From Agrilactobacillus fermenti (lineage in GTDB: Bacteria > Bacillota > Bacilli > Lactobacillales > Lactobacillaceae): DNA of 24,000 nt. The stretch spans positions 14,206-38,205 of the forward strand of contig NZ_JACGCJ010000027.1 of assembly GCF_021030645.1 (NCBI RefSeq), written 5' to 3'. The position numbers and the translations under genes were made by a program. Of this stretch, positions 1 through 7,879 are shown piece after piece; within the stretch, counting starts at the first letter, position 1; each line of letters opens with the position of its first letter. The notes beneath the pieces were generated by a model, which made no database searches, was not told the origin of the DNA, and was given only the letters and a program-made list of their open reading frames with translations.

Positions 1-840
1 GGTATTTTGTTAGACGAAGAATTAGGTTTCAAAGGTATGAAATCTAAAAATCCTAATTCTGGCTTGATCATGTCTTATGAGAAAACGGGTTATGACGTCA
101 ACACAGTTGGCCGTTACCCAGAGTTATTGCAAAATGAATCCCTAGATCGTTTGTTGGCTAAGGGGGCTGATGCTGCCAAAGTATTAGTCTATTACAATCC
201 AAATGACCCAGAGGAAATTAACGACGTCAAACACGCCTTTCTGGAACGACTCGGCAATGAAGGTTTAGCTGCAGACATTCCATTATTTGTTGAAATTGTG
301 ACCTACGATGACAAGATTCCAGACGCTAAGAGCGCTGAATTTGCTAAAGAGAAACCACAGTTAGTCTTAGATTCCATGAAGGAATTTTCAAAAGACAAAT
401 ATCATATTGATGTCATTAAAGCTGAAGTACCTGTTAACTGGGACTTTGTTGAAGGCTATGCTAAAGATGGTGTGCAGCCGGTCTACTCACAAGATGAAGT
501 TGCCAAGATATTTAAAGCAGCTAATGATGAAGTTAACCGGCCATTTATCTACCTATCTGGTGGTGTTTCCGCTGAAACATTTCGCTCTGAATTGACCTTT
601 GCCGGTAAAGCTGGCAATCATTACAGTGGCATCCTGGGTGGCCGTGCGACTTGGTTAGACGGTGTTCAAGTTTACGCTGATGGTGGCAAGGCAGCTCTAG
701 AAAACTGGCTGCAAACTCAAGGCAAACAAAATGTTTCTGAACTCAATGAAATCCTAAATAAATATGCAACTCCTTGGTATGATATTTACGGTGGACTCGA
801 TAACATCGAAGTTTTTGACCGCGATATTATGGAAGATTAA
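1..840 (+). CDS. lacD: tagatose-1,6-bisphosphate aldolase (class I, LacD family), 5'-truncated by the window edge
   Basis: Frame 1 is open from base 1 (GILLDEELGF...). The listed Met at 7 is internal. The translation matches remembered staphylococcal/streptococcal LacD along its length (YEKTGYDVN, VEIVTYDDKIPD, IDVIKAEVPVN, PFIYLSGGVSAETF, GRATW). Stop TAA at 838-840 is followed by a hairpin terminator. Confidence 0.9.
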   Translation, partial: GILLDEELGFKGMKSKNPNSGLIMSYEKTGYDVNTVGRYPELLQNESLDRLLAKGADAAKVLVYYNPNDPEEINDVKHAFLERLGNEGLAADIPLFVEIVTYDDKIPDAKSAEFAKEKPQLVLDSMKEFSKDKYHIDVIKAEVPVNWDFVEGYAKDGVQPVYSQDEVAKIFKAANDEVNRPFIYLSGGVSAETFRSELTFAGKAGNHYSGILGGRATWLDGVQVYADGGKAALENWLQTQGKQNVSELNEILNKYATPWYDIYGGLDNIEVFDRDIMED

Positions 841-856
841 AGATCGTTTTAGCTAT

Positions 857-888
857 AAAAAAAGGCTTGCCTAGACAAGTCTTTTTTT
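857..888. terminator. bidirectional rho-independent terminator between convergent lacD and the 87-aa gene
   Basis: A7-GGCTTG-cctaga-CAAGTC-T7. The core stem is 6 bp (one G.U) and is extended by A/T pairs. A-run and T-run flanks allow function in both directions. Confidence 0.65.
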
Positions 889-1004
889 ATTTTGGGCGAA
901 TGGCTGAGGCAAAGCTTGTGTGTTGTATTCAGCAAACGCTGATGATAAATATTTTTGGTTTCAATATGTTCCAAAAGGCAACGGTCCGACCTTCTTCAAA
1001 TGAG

Positions 1005-1268
1005 CTAATCATCCAAATCTTCTTCAATATTTAACCCATATAACTGACTAACTGGTTCGTCTCGCGGTGCCTGGTGGACAACAACAATGCCAATCGCGCC
1101 TTTGCTGGTCACATAGTTGGCAAAAGTCGTCACCTCTTCAACCAAGTATGCCAGTCCATCTGAATTCACGATATACTGCCCTTTGATCGGTAATTCTTCA
1201 AAAAATACTTTATTCATGCGAATATAATCTTTGCCGTCATGAAGTACTAATAATACTTTTAACATCAT
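1005..1268 (-). CDS. hypothetical 87-aa protein with an acidic C-terminus; no domain recognised
   Basis: ATG start preceded by AAGGAGAT (complement of 1272-1279). Lies 30 nt downstream of the VanZ-like gene with no terminator between, so probably co-transcribed. No motif I can name. Confidence 0.6.
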   Translation of the reverse strand: MMLKVLLVLHDGKDYIRMNKVFFEELPIKGQYIVNSDGLAYLVEEVTTFANYVTSKGAIGIVVVHQAPRDEPVSQLYGLNIEEDLDD

Positions 1269-1298
1269 TAAATCTCCTTAGGTCTTATTCCAAAATGA

Positions 1299-1904
1299 TC
1301 ACAACGAGTGCCGCTTAAATAAACGATATAATCCAAAACCGATCACAGTACCGACTGTATTGAAAATCACATCATCAATATCTGTAATACCGGTGTGTAA
1401 CAAAAACTGAAACACTTCAATACTGATCGAGGTCATAATGCCCAGTAAGAGCACCTTTGCAAAAGTAGGTCGGCGCATCAAAATTGGTAAACCAATCCCA
1501 AAGGGTATGAACCAAAGGATGTTACCAAATAGATTATACAGGAAATCTAGTTTGGATAATCCATAGATCAGTTTCAGTGTTTCAACAAGCGGCACAAAAT
1601 TGATTTCGTTCAGCGAGCGGTCAAAGTCTAGTTTGACCTGCCAAGGGAAATAAATACCTCGAAACACAGTTAAGAAATAAAGCATCAATAAGTAACCGAC
1701 AAATAGAAATAGCATCAATTCATGACTGAATTTAAGCCGCTTGTGCCGCCATCTTTGCCAAATGATGCGCAGAAACATGAAAATCAGCAGGTAGAAGATA
1801 GTCTTGTCCAAACTATAGAAGATCAATCGAATCAGCGGAAAATGATTGATGCGCGTTTGATATTCGGTGGCAACCATTCGATAAATTGGCCCTAGAAAAA
1901 TCAT
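1299..1904 (-). CDS. VanZ-like family membrane protein
   Basis: Multi-TM protein with VanZ-family hallmarks: NILWFIPFGIGLP and C-terminal DIDDVIFNTVGTVIGFGLY. RBS GGAGGA lies 5 nt upstream of the ATG. Confidence 0.8.
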   Translation of the reverse strand: MIFLGPIYRMVATEYQTRINHFPLIRLIFYSLDKTIFYLLIFMFLRIIWQRWRHKRLKFSHELMLFLFVGYLLMLYFLTVFRGIYFPWQVKLDFDRSLNEINFVPLVETLKLIYGLSKLDFLYNLFGNILWFIPFGIGLPILMRRPTFAKVLLLGIMTSISIEVFQFLLHTGITDIDDVIFNTVGTVIGFGLYRLFKRHSL

Positions 1905-2023
1905 ATGACTTCCTCCGAATTCTTAACAAACTTCAATGCCCTATTTTATCAAAAAAAAGAGCTTTTTTGTGGCATTTCAAAAATATCTTCATTTTTTCGT
2001 CATGATATCTTTATATACTAAAA

Positions 2024-2052
2024 TTGTAACTACTGGTTTCACGCGTTATAAT
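2024..2052 (+). promoter_or_regulatory. sigma-A type promoter for ltaS
   Basis: TTGTAA (2024-2029), 17-nt spacer, TATAAT (2047-2052). About 30 nt upstream of the ltaS ATG at 2084, with RBS AAAGGAA. Confidence 0.55.
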
Positions 2053-2083
2053 AATTGAAGCTAAATTCTGAAAGGAACAACTC

Positions 2084-4315
2084 ATGAATAAACTCAGAAT
2101 AAAGGCCTTTTTTAAGAGTCGCTTAGGCTTTTTTACTCTACTATTGATTTTGCTTTGGGCAAAGTCTATTTACATCTACTACACAGACTTCTCATTAGGC
2201 TTAACCGATCCCTACCAGCACTTGATCATGTGGCTGACACCATTTGGCACAAGTGCTTTGTTATTGAGCTTGGCCTTATACATACGCAAACCAATTCTAT
2301 CCTATATTGCCATGTTTGTGATTTACATTTTACAGTTGATTCTATTATTTGCTAATGTCATCTACTATCGCCAGGCAACTGATTTTTTGACGATCAACAC
2401 AATTATGAGTTCAAGCAAGGTATCCCAAGGGCTAGGCAAAAGCACGCTAAGTCTACTGGCACCACAAGATATTCTGATTTGGCTCGATGTGATCATTATT
2501 TTGATTTTACTGTTTCGCCGTATCATCCCGATCGATCCTAAAAAATATCGGCCTAAAAAGGCATTTGTCGTTTCTTTATGTACCTTTACATTCTTTTTAT
2601 TAAACTTATTTCTTGCTGAAACGAGTCGACCACAGTTACTAACACGGACATTTGATCGTAATTACATTGTTAAATATCTGGGCATTGAAAATTTCATGTT
2701 CTATGACGCAGTTCGGACCGCCCAAAACAACCAAGTACGTGCCAATTCTGATGGGAGTGAAATGACGGCGGCTTACAATTATATTCAACAACATAAAGCC
2801 GCACCAAACCCTACTTATTTTGGAACAGCTAAGGGCAAAAACGTGATCATCATTCATCTAGAAAGTTTCCAGCAATTTTTGATCGACAAAAAGATCGATA
2901 ATCAAGAAGTTACCCCGTTTTTAAATAGTCTTTACCATGATAAATCTACCATAAGTTTCTCTAATTTCTTCCACGAAGTCGGCCAAGGTCGCACCAGTGA
3001 CGCTGAAACGATGTTAGAAACAGGTTTGTTTGGCTTACCCGAAGGGTCTGTTTTTACCTCTTTAGGCTCGGACAATACCTTTGAAGCTGCGCCAGCAATA
3101 CTCCAACAAACACAAGGTTATGATAGTGCTGTCTTTCACGGTAATACTGGCAGTTTTTGGAATCGTAAGGATGTCTACCGTAATTTGGGTTACAATTATT
3201 TCTTTGATGCCTCTTATTTTGATACGTCAAAAGATAATGCGATCGGTTATGGTTTGAAAGATAAACTACTATTTGCCGAGAGCACCAAATACTTGGAACG
3301 TTTGCAACAACCTTTCTATACCAAATTTATCACCGTTACCAACCATTTCCCATTCTCTCTAAGCGATACTGACAGTGATTTCCCTAAACCGGATACTGAC
3401 GATGATATCGTGAATAATTATTTCCGAACGGCACATTATTTAGACGAATCCTTACAACAATTCTTTGATTATTTGAAAGCATCTGGACTCTACGATAATA
3501 CTTTAGTAATGATCTATGGGGATCACTATGGTTTAAGTAATAGTGATAATCTATCCCTAGCCCCCTTGCTAGATAAGACAAGTTCTGAGTGGACGGCATT
3601 TGATAATGCCCAATTGCAACGCGTCCCATTAATGTTTCATATGCCTGGCCTTAAGGGCGGTATTAATAGTACGTATGGCGGTGAGATCGATGTCTTACCA
3701 ACATTGATGCACTTGCTTGGTGTGGATACCACACCATATATGTTTATGGGAACGGATCTACTGTCATCACAACATAACGCCATCGTTGCCTTTCGGAACC
3801 GGGATTTTGTAACACCGACATATACCGTCTTAGGTGGCAAAGGTGCCAGTGGAACGGTCTACGATAACAAAACCGGTAACATTATCAAAGATTTATCAAA
3901 TCAACAAATCAAAAAGTTAAATGCGGATCAACAGAATGTCAGTGACCGCTTATCTATTTCTGATAATCTCAATAACAAAAATCTACTTCGCTTTTACACA
4001 CCGATAAACTTCACCCCGGTTAATCCAGAAAATCAAGATTACACGCAAAATTGGTTACGCCTATTATCCGTCCAAAATCATTTAGGCAAAAAGTCAACCA
4101 GTGTTTACAGTCAGCATGGCGGTTCCACGACAGACTTATATCAAACAGATGCGCCAGAACTGAATGATGACAAATCGCCAATCACCGAGCTTCCAAGTGA
4201 GGTCAAAGAAAATACCAAAGCGGGCAAGCATAATCGGATGAGTACCACCAGTAGCCAAGCCTTTTCTAGTTCGGCAATGACCAGTTCTAGTGCTTCAAGT
4301 ACCAACACACCATAA
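2084..4315 (+). CDS. ltaS: lipoteichoic acid synthase family protein (LtaS-type sulfatase-fold polyglycerolphosphate transferase) with a Ser/Thr-rich C-terminal tail
   Basis: N-terminal block of about 5 TM helices, then an extracellular sulfatase-like domain. Motifs: NVIIIHLESFQ, catalytic-Thr motif GQGRTSDAE, FHGNTGSFWNR, TNHFPF, IYGDHYG. At 743 aa it is about 50-100 aa longer than the typical enzymes I remember. Confidence 0.9.
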   Translation: MNKLRIKAFFKSRLGFFTLLLILLWAKSIYIYYTDFSLGLTDPYQHLIMWLTPFGTSALLLSLALYIRKPILSYIAMFVIYILQLILLFANVIYYRQATDFLTINTIMSSSKVSQGLGKSTLSLLAPQDILIWLDVIIILILLFRRIIPIDPKKYRPKKAFVVSLCTFTFFLLNLFLAETSRPQLLTRTFDRNYIVKYLGIENFMFYDAVRTAQNNQVRANSDGSEMTAAYNYIQQHKAAPNPTYFGTAKGKNVIIIHLESFQQFLIDKKIDNQEVTPFLNSLYHDKSTISFSNFFHEVGQGRTSDAETMLETGLFGLPEGSVFTSLGSDNTFEAAPAILQQTQGYDSAVFHGNTGSFWNRKDVYRNLGYNYFFDASYFDTSKDNAIGYGLKDKLLFAESTKYLERLQQPFYTKFITVTNHFPFSLSDTDSDFPKPDTDDDIVNNYFRTAHYLDESLQQFFDYLKASGLYDNTLVMIYGDHYGLSNSDNLSLAPLLDKTSSEWTAFDNAQLQRVPLMFHMPGLKGGINSTYGGEIDVLPTLMHLLGVDTTPYMFMGTDLLSSQHNAIVAFRNRDFVTPTYTVLGGKGASGTVYDNKTGNIIKDLSNQQIKKLNADQQNVSDRLSISDNLNNKNLLRFYTPINFTPVNPENQDYTQNWLRLLSVQNHLGKKSTSVYSQHGGSTTDLYQTDAPELNDDKSPITELPSEVKENTKAGKHNRMSTTSSQAFSSSAMTSSSASSTNTP

Positions 4316-4325
4316 TTTTGTATAC

Positions 4326-4377
4326 AAAAAGGTATGAACTTAGCAAAACATCTATTTTGCTAGTTTCATACCTTTTT
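4326..4377. terminator. bidirectional rho-independent terminator between convergent ltaS and flp
   Basis: AAAAAGGTATGAACTTAGCAAAA / TTTTGCTAGTTTCATACCTTTTT form a stem of about 20 bp with one bulge. A-run and T-run are on either side. Confidence 0.8.
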
Positions 4378-4387
4378 AATAGCTCTA

Positions 4388-5083
4388 TCAAAGTTGGGCT
4401 GCTAATTGATCAGGGGCTAAAATCGTAATTTTGCGGCGATCCTTTTGAATCAAATTGGCCTGGCTCAAAGCTTTAAATGTCCGCGACAACGTTTCTGGCG
4501 TTGTCCCAATATAGGTGGCAAGCTCTTTAAGCTTCATTGGCAATACGAATTGGGCTTGTTGTTGTGTTTCGTACAGATCCATCAAATAACTCACTAGCCG
4601 TTGTTCAATCGAGTCGGCACTTAAATAACTTGTTTGTCGTTCCAATGCCGCCAGCTTTTCCGCCGATTCCTGCAGCAGCTTTAAACTAATCGCTGGATAT
4701 TTCAGCAATAACGCCTGAAAATCTTGCTTATAAATGACACAAGCCGTGCCATCGGTTAAAGCTTCCGCGTAAGCATCTGGGGTCCTAGCACCAAATAAGA
4801 TTTTTTCACCTTCAAAATCTCCCGGTCCAAGGACACGTAAGAGCTGTTCTTTACCCGTATTTGAAAGCTGATATAGCTTTAAATGACCTTGATTTAAGAT
4901 GATCAATTCTTGCGTCTCTGGATCAATAACCATGTTGCCCTTTTGAAAACTTTGATGGTGAATCAATTCAGAGATCTTTAATAATTGAGTCTGATCCAAA
5001 TTTGAAAAAATCGGGACAATCTCCGCACAAGTATGATTTTGGTGCGCTTTTTCATGAATATGGAATATCGTTTCTTGTGTCAT
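4388..5083 (-). CDS. flp: Crp/Fnr-family transcriptional regulator, FNR-like protein (Flp type, two Cys only)
   Basis: cNMP-binding-like beta-roll (LRVLGPGDFEGE) plus a C-terminal HTH. The recognition helix reads TPETLSRTF (FNR-type E--SR). Only two Cys (C19, C115) and a His-rich N-terminus (HIHEKAHQNH). RBS AGGAGA. It is the last gene of the HMA-Dps-Flp unit and matching TTGAT-N4-ATCAA boxes lie upstream. Confidence 0.85.
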   Translation of the reverse strand: MTQETIFHIHEKAHQNHTCAEIVPIFSNLDQTQLLKISELIHHQSFQKGNMVIDPETQELIILNQGHLKLYQLSNTGKEQLLRVLGPGDFEGEKILFGARTPDAYAEALTDGTACVIYKQDFQALLLKYPAISLKLLQESAEKLAALERQTSYLSADSIEQRLVSYLMDLYETQQQAQFVLPMKLKELATYIGTTPETLSRTFKALSQANLIQKDRRKITILAPDQLAAQL

Positions 5084-5109
5084 AAGACCATCTCCTAAAA
5101 TTCAAATTA

Positions 5110-5634
5110 CTAAGCTTCATCATCCAAATCTAAGTCAATTTTTTGACCTAGCTTCTGTTCAATCATCCAAATATTCTGTTCGTTAACGCCTAAAACATGA
5201 ATCAACTGTTGGGCTAAGGGATAGCGTTCTTCTTTTTGCGCCAATTTGATTGCCCGCGTCACAAACAAGTTAGCCTTTGCAAAATCTTGCCCGGTATCAT
5301 TGAGCATGGCAGTGACTGACTGGTATTTATTACGACCGCCATCTTCAATCATAGCATAATCAGTCATTTCTTTGACCGTTGTGGGCACTAATTCATGCTC
5401 AGCTAACATGACTTTTGCCAAATCAAAATATAGCTGCTGATTCCCATCATATAATGATTTAAAGTAGGTATTTTCTCCTTGAGCATACCACATATATTGT
5501 TCTAATTTAAAACTTTGTAATTTCAAGTTGGCCAGAATGTGCCCGGTCATTGCTCCCGCTGTCGGTGTGTGGTGATCTTTGTCTGCCTGTTCAACTTCTT
5601 TTCGATAGACAGCATCAATTTTTGTAGCATCCAT
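5110..5634 (-). CDS. dps: Dps-family (ferritin-like, DNA-protection) protein, divergent
   Basis: Size of 174 aa and a four-helix pattern that aligns by eye with Listeria/Bacillus Dps (LANL...W..G..F..L...LY....AE...). Acidic C-terminal tail. It occupies the position of the Dps gene in the lactococcal flp operons as I recall them. Confidence 0.75.
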   Translation of the reverse strand: MDATKIDAVYRKEVEQADKDHHTPTAGAMTGHILANLKLQSFKLEQYMWYAQGENTYFKSLYDGNQQLYFDLAKVMLAEHELVPTTVKEMTDYAMIEDGGRNKYQSVTAMLNDTGQDFAKANLFVTRAIKLAQKEERYPLAQQLIHVLGVNEQNIWMIEQKLGQKIDLDLDDEA

Positions 5635-5649
5635 AAATAGACTTCCCTT

Positions 5650-5874
5650 CTATACCGTTGTTTTATTGGATTTAACTTCGTAACCCAAATCAGTCACAAC
5701 GGCAGCAATTTTCTCTGCTTGAACAACTTCTGGGTCAAATTCTGCTTTAACTTTACCAGCATTAAATAATACTTTGACGTTGGTAACCCCCGGTGTGCTA
5801 GAAACCGCTTGTTTGATTTTAGTTAAACATGAAGGACATGTTAATTCATCTAATGCTAAAGTAACTTTTGCCAT
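5650..5874 (-). CDS. heavy-metal-associated (HMA) domain protein, CopZ/MerP-like metallochaperone
   Basis: 74 aa with a ferredoxin-like pattern and metal-binding motif LTCPSC (CxxC) at residues 12-17. Strong RBS AGGAGG. Confidence 0.85.
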   Translation of the reverse strand: MAKVTLALDELTCPSCLTKIKQAVSSTPGVTNVKVLFNAGKVKAEFDPEVVQAEKIAAVVTDLGYEVKSNKTTV

Positions 5875-5906
5875 CGAAAAAACCTCCTAATTTCATTTAC
5901 AAGTTC

Positions 5907-5948
5907 AGTATAACTTGACCATGATCTAAAAAAATTGATACAAATCAA
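5907..5948 (-). promoter_or_regulatory. FNR/Flp-box promoter of the HMA-dps-flp unit
   Basis: Perfect TTGATACAAATCAA at 5935-5948. The -10 TATACT is the complement of 5907-5912. The box centre is 29.5 bp upstream of the -10 (about -41.5). There is no well-spaced -35. The box starts 2 nt after the ATPase stop codon. Confidence 0.7.
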
Positions 5949-5950
5949 GT

Positions 5951-7849
5951 TTATCGTTGAACTGCAATTTTTTTTGCAGTTTGAATTCTTTTAGCTAAGT
6001 TTGAGTGCCGCAATAAACGCATGGCATTAAAAATCACAACTAAAATACTGGCTTCATGAACAAACATACCTGACGCCATATCAATTTTACCCAGCAATAA
6101 ACCGATCAATAGAGCGGCCACTGTCCCAATTGCGATGACAATATTTTGCACGGTGTTGGCATGCGTTTGCCGACTTTTTTGGATAGCAACAACCAAGGCC
6201 ATAAAGTTTGCATTCATCAAGGTCACATCGGCAGTTTCAATGGCAGCATCAGCTCCGGCACCCATTGCGATGCCAACATTGGCTGCAGCTAAGGCTGGAC
6301 TATCATTGATGCCATCGCCCACAAAAGCTACTTGATGCCCCTCAGCTTGTTGTGCTTTAATATAAGCCAATTTATCTTCTGGCAACAGTTCTGCTTGAAT
6401 ACCACTTAACGGTAATTGCTGGCCAATTGCCTGGGCACTAGCGGCGTTATCCCCTGTCAACATGATCAGCCGGTTTAATCCCATAGCTTTCAGTTTGCTT
6501 AAAGCAGCGGCAGTGTCAGGTTTCAACGCATCACCGATACCTAAAGCCAATAACAAATGTTGCTTATCTGCCACTAGAACAGTCGAAAGTCCTTGCTGTT
6601 GGATTTGCTGCACGGTCAGTTTTTCTTTGGCATCAAGTTGAATCCCATGATCAGCCAATAACCGTTGATTACCGACAAATAACGTATCCGTAACTAGTCC
6701 CTGCCCCTTAACGGTTTCAGGTGAATCTTTCAAGGAAATATTCGGTATTTTTTTATGCATGAGATCGGTCACGATTGCTTGGGCTAAAGGATGTTTGCTC
6801 GTCTTTTCGATGGCTAGTAATTGTGCTGTTGTTTGTTTTAATTTTTCGGCATCGTCAATTAAATTGATTGTCGTCACAACTTCAGGTTTACCCACCGTTA
6901 ACGTACCCGTTTTATCAAATAAAACGGTATCAACGTGAGCTAGTGCAGTCGTTACTTCCCCACCTTTGACCAGAATACCGGCTTTGGCACTACTTCCGAT
7001 ACCAGCCACATTAGATACGGGCGCTCCGATAACCAAAGCGCCAGGACAACCTAACACTAATAATGTGATCGCAGTGTTTAAATCTCGAGTTATCAGATAA
7101 ACAACTAGAGCAATTACTAAAACTGCCGGCGTATAGAATTTAGCAAAGCGGTCGATAAACTTCTCAGCCGGCGATTTGGCATCTTGTGCTTCTTCCACCA
7201 GTTCAATGATCTTACCAAAAGTGGTTTCATCGCCAACTTTTTCGGTTCTAACCGTGAGCATCCCACTGTCTAATAGTGAACCTGAATAAACTTGAGTCGT
7301 AGTTGCTTTAAAAACTGGTTTAGATTCACCGGTGATTGCTGCTTCATTGACATATCCCTGTCCTTGAATGATCACCCCATCTACCGGAATTTGGTCTCCT
7401 GGTCTTACAAGGACCTGATCGGCCACTGCCAAATCATCTACATCAACTTGCTTTTCACCTTGTGCCGTTTTGACGGTGGCTGTGGTTGGTGCCAATTCCG
7501 TTAGCGTTTTGATCGAGGCTCTTGTCTTTGCCAACGTTTTCTTTTCGAGATATCCTCCGAACAAGAACAGAAAAGTAACGATTGCGGATTCATGAAATTC
7601 GCCAACAACGAAAGCACCGATAACAGCAATGGTCACTAATAATTCAATAGAAATCGTTTTATAACGCAACGCACTAAAAGCATGCAAGGCAATTGGAAAA
7701 ACCCCAATTATCGAAGCCGCAATCAGTAAAATAACTGCGATAGTCCTTTGATCAGTCCAAAAATTGAAGCTTAACCCTAGGCCCATTAAAATGCCATTCA
7801 ATAATAAAAATTGGCGATTATGTTTTGTAACAAATCTTTGTAATTTCAT
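5951..7849 (-). CDS. heavy-metal-translocating P1B-type ATPase without an N-terminal metal-binding domain; metal specificity unknown
   Basis: Motifs: TGES (A domain), DKTGTLT (phosphorylation site), SKHP (P1B HP motif), GDGINDSPAL. Four TM helices precede the A domain. The transport-helix motif is C268-P269-G270 (TGT CCT GGC, complement of 7040-7048). Near the C-terminus is HEASILVVIFNAMRLL. RBS GAGGAGG. Confidence 0.9.
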   Translation of the reverse strand: MKLQRFVTKHNRQFLLLNGILMGLGLSFNFWTDQRTIAVILLIAASIIGVFPIALHAFSALRYKTISIELLVTIAVIGAFVVGEFHESAIVTFLFLFGGYLEKKTLAKTRASIKTLTELAPTTATVKTAQGEKQVDVDDLAVADQVLVRPGDQIPVDGVIIQGQGYVNEAAITGESKPVFKATTTQVYSGSLLDSGMLTVRTEKVGDETTFGKIIELVEEAQDAKSPAEKFIDRFAKFYTPAVLVIALVVYLITRDLNTAITLLVLGCPGALVIGAPVSNVAGIGSSAKAGILVKGGEVTTALAHVDTVLFDKTGTLTVGKPEVVTTINLIDDAEKLKQTTAQLLAIEKTSKHPLAQAIVTDLMHKKIPNISLKDSPETVKGQGLVTDTLFVGNQRLLADHGIQLDAKEKLTVQQIQQQGLSTVLVADKQHLLLALGIGDALKPDTAAALSKLKAMGLNRLIMLTGDNAASAQAIGQQLPLSGIQAELLPEDKLAYIKAQQAEGHQVAFVGDGINDSPALAAANVGIAMGAGADAAIETADVTLMNANFMALVVAIQKSRQTHANTVQNIVIAIGTVAALLIGLLLGKIDMASGMFVHEASILVVIFNAMRLLRHSNLAKRIQTAKKIAVQR

Positions 7850-7879
7850 TTGCGTCGTACCTCCTCGTTTACAAAACCC

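Noticed and set aside
900-1034. 44-aa plus-strand ORF (MAEAKLVCCIQQ...) after the lacD terminator
   Set aside because: It has a weak or absent RBS, lies downstream of a terminator, and overlaps the 3' end of the convergent 87-aa gene. No support.
407-4000. Internal or alternative-frame ORFs 407-595, 2155-2355, 2639-2857, 3384-3629 and 3637-3840
   Set aside because: All are nested within lacD or ltaS in other frames or on the other strand. Their translations are implausible and they have no signals. The ORFs at 10742-10930, 11793-11993, 18700-18882, 19857-20042, 20830-21075 and 21702-21902 are rejected for the same reason.
6135-7504. Plus-strand ORFs (6135-6335, 7292-7504) antisense to the P-type ATPase gene
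   Set aside because: Same reasoning: they are embedded in a full-length ATPase with all motifs intact and lack an RBS or promoter.
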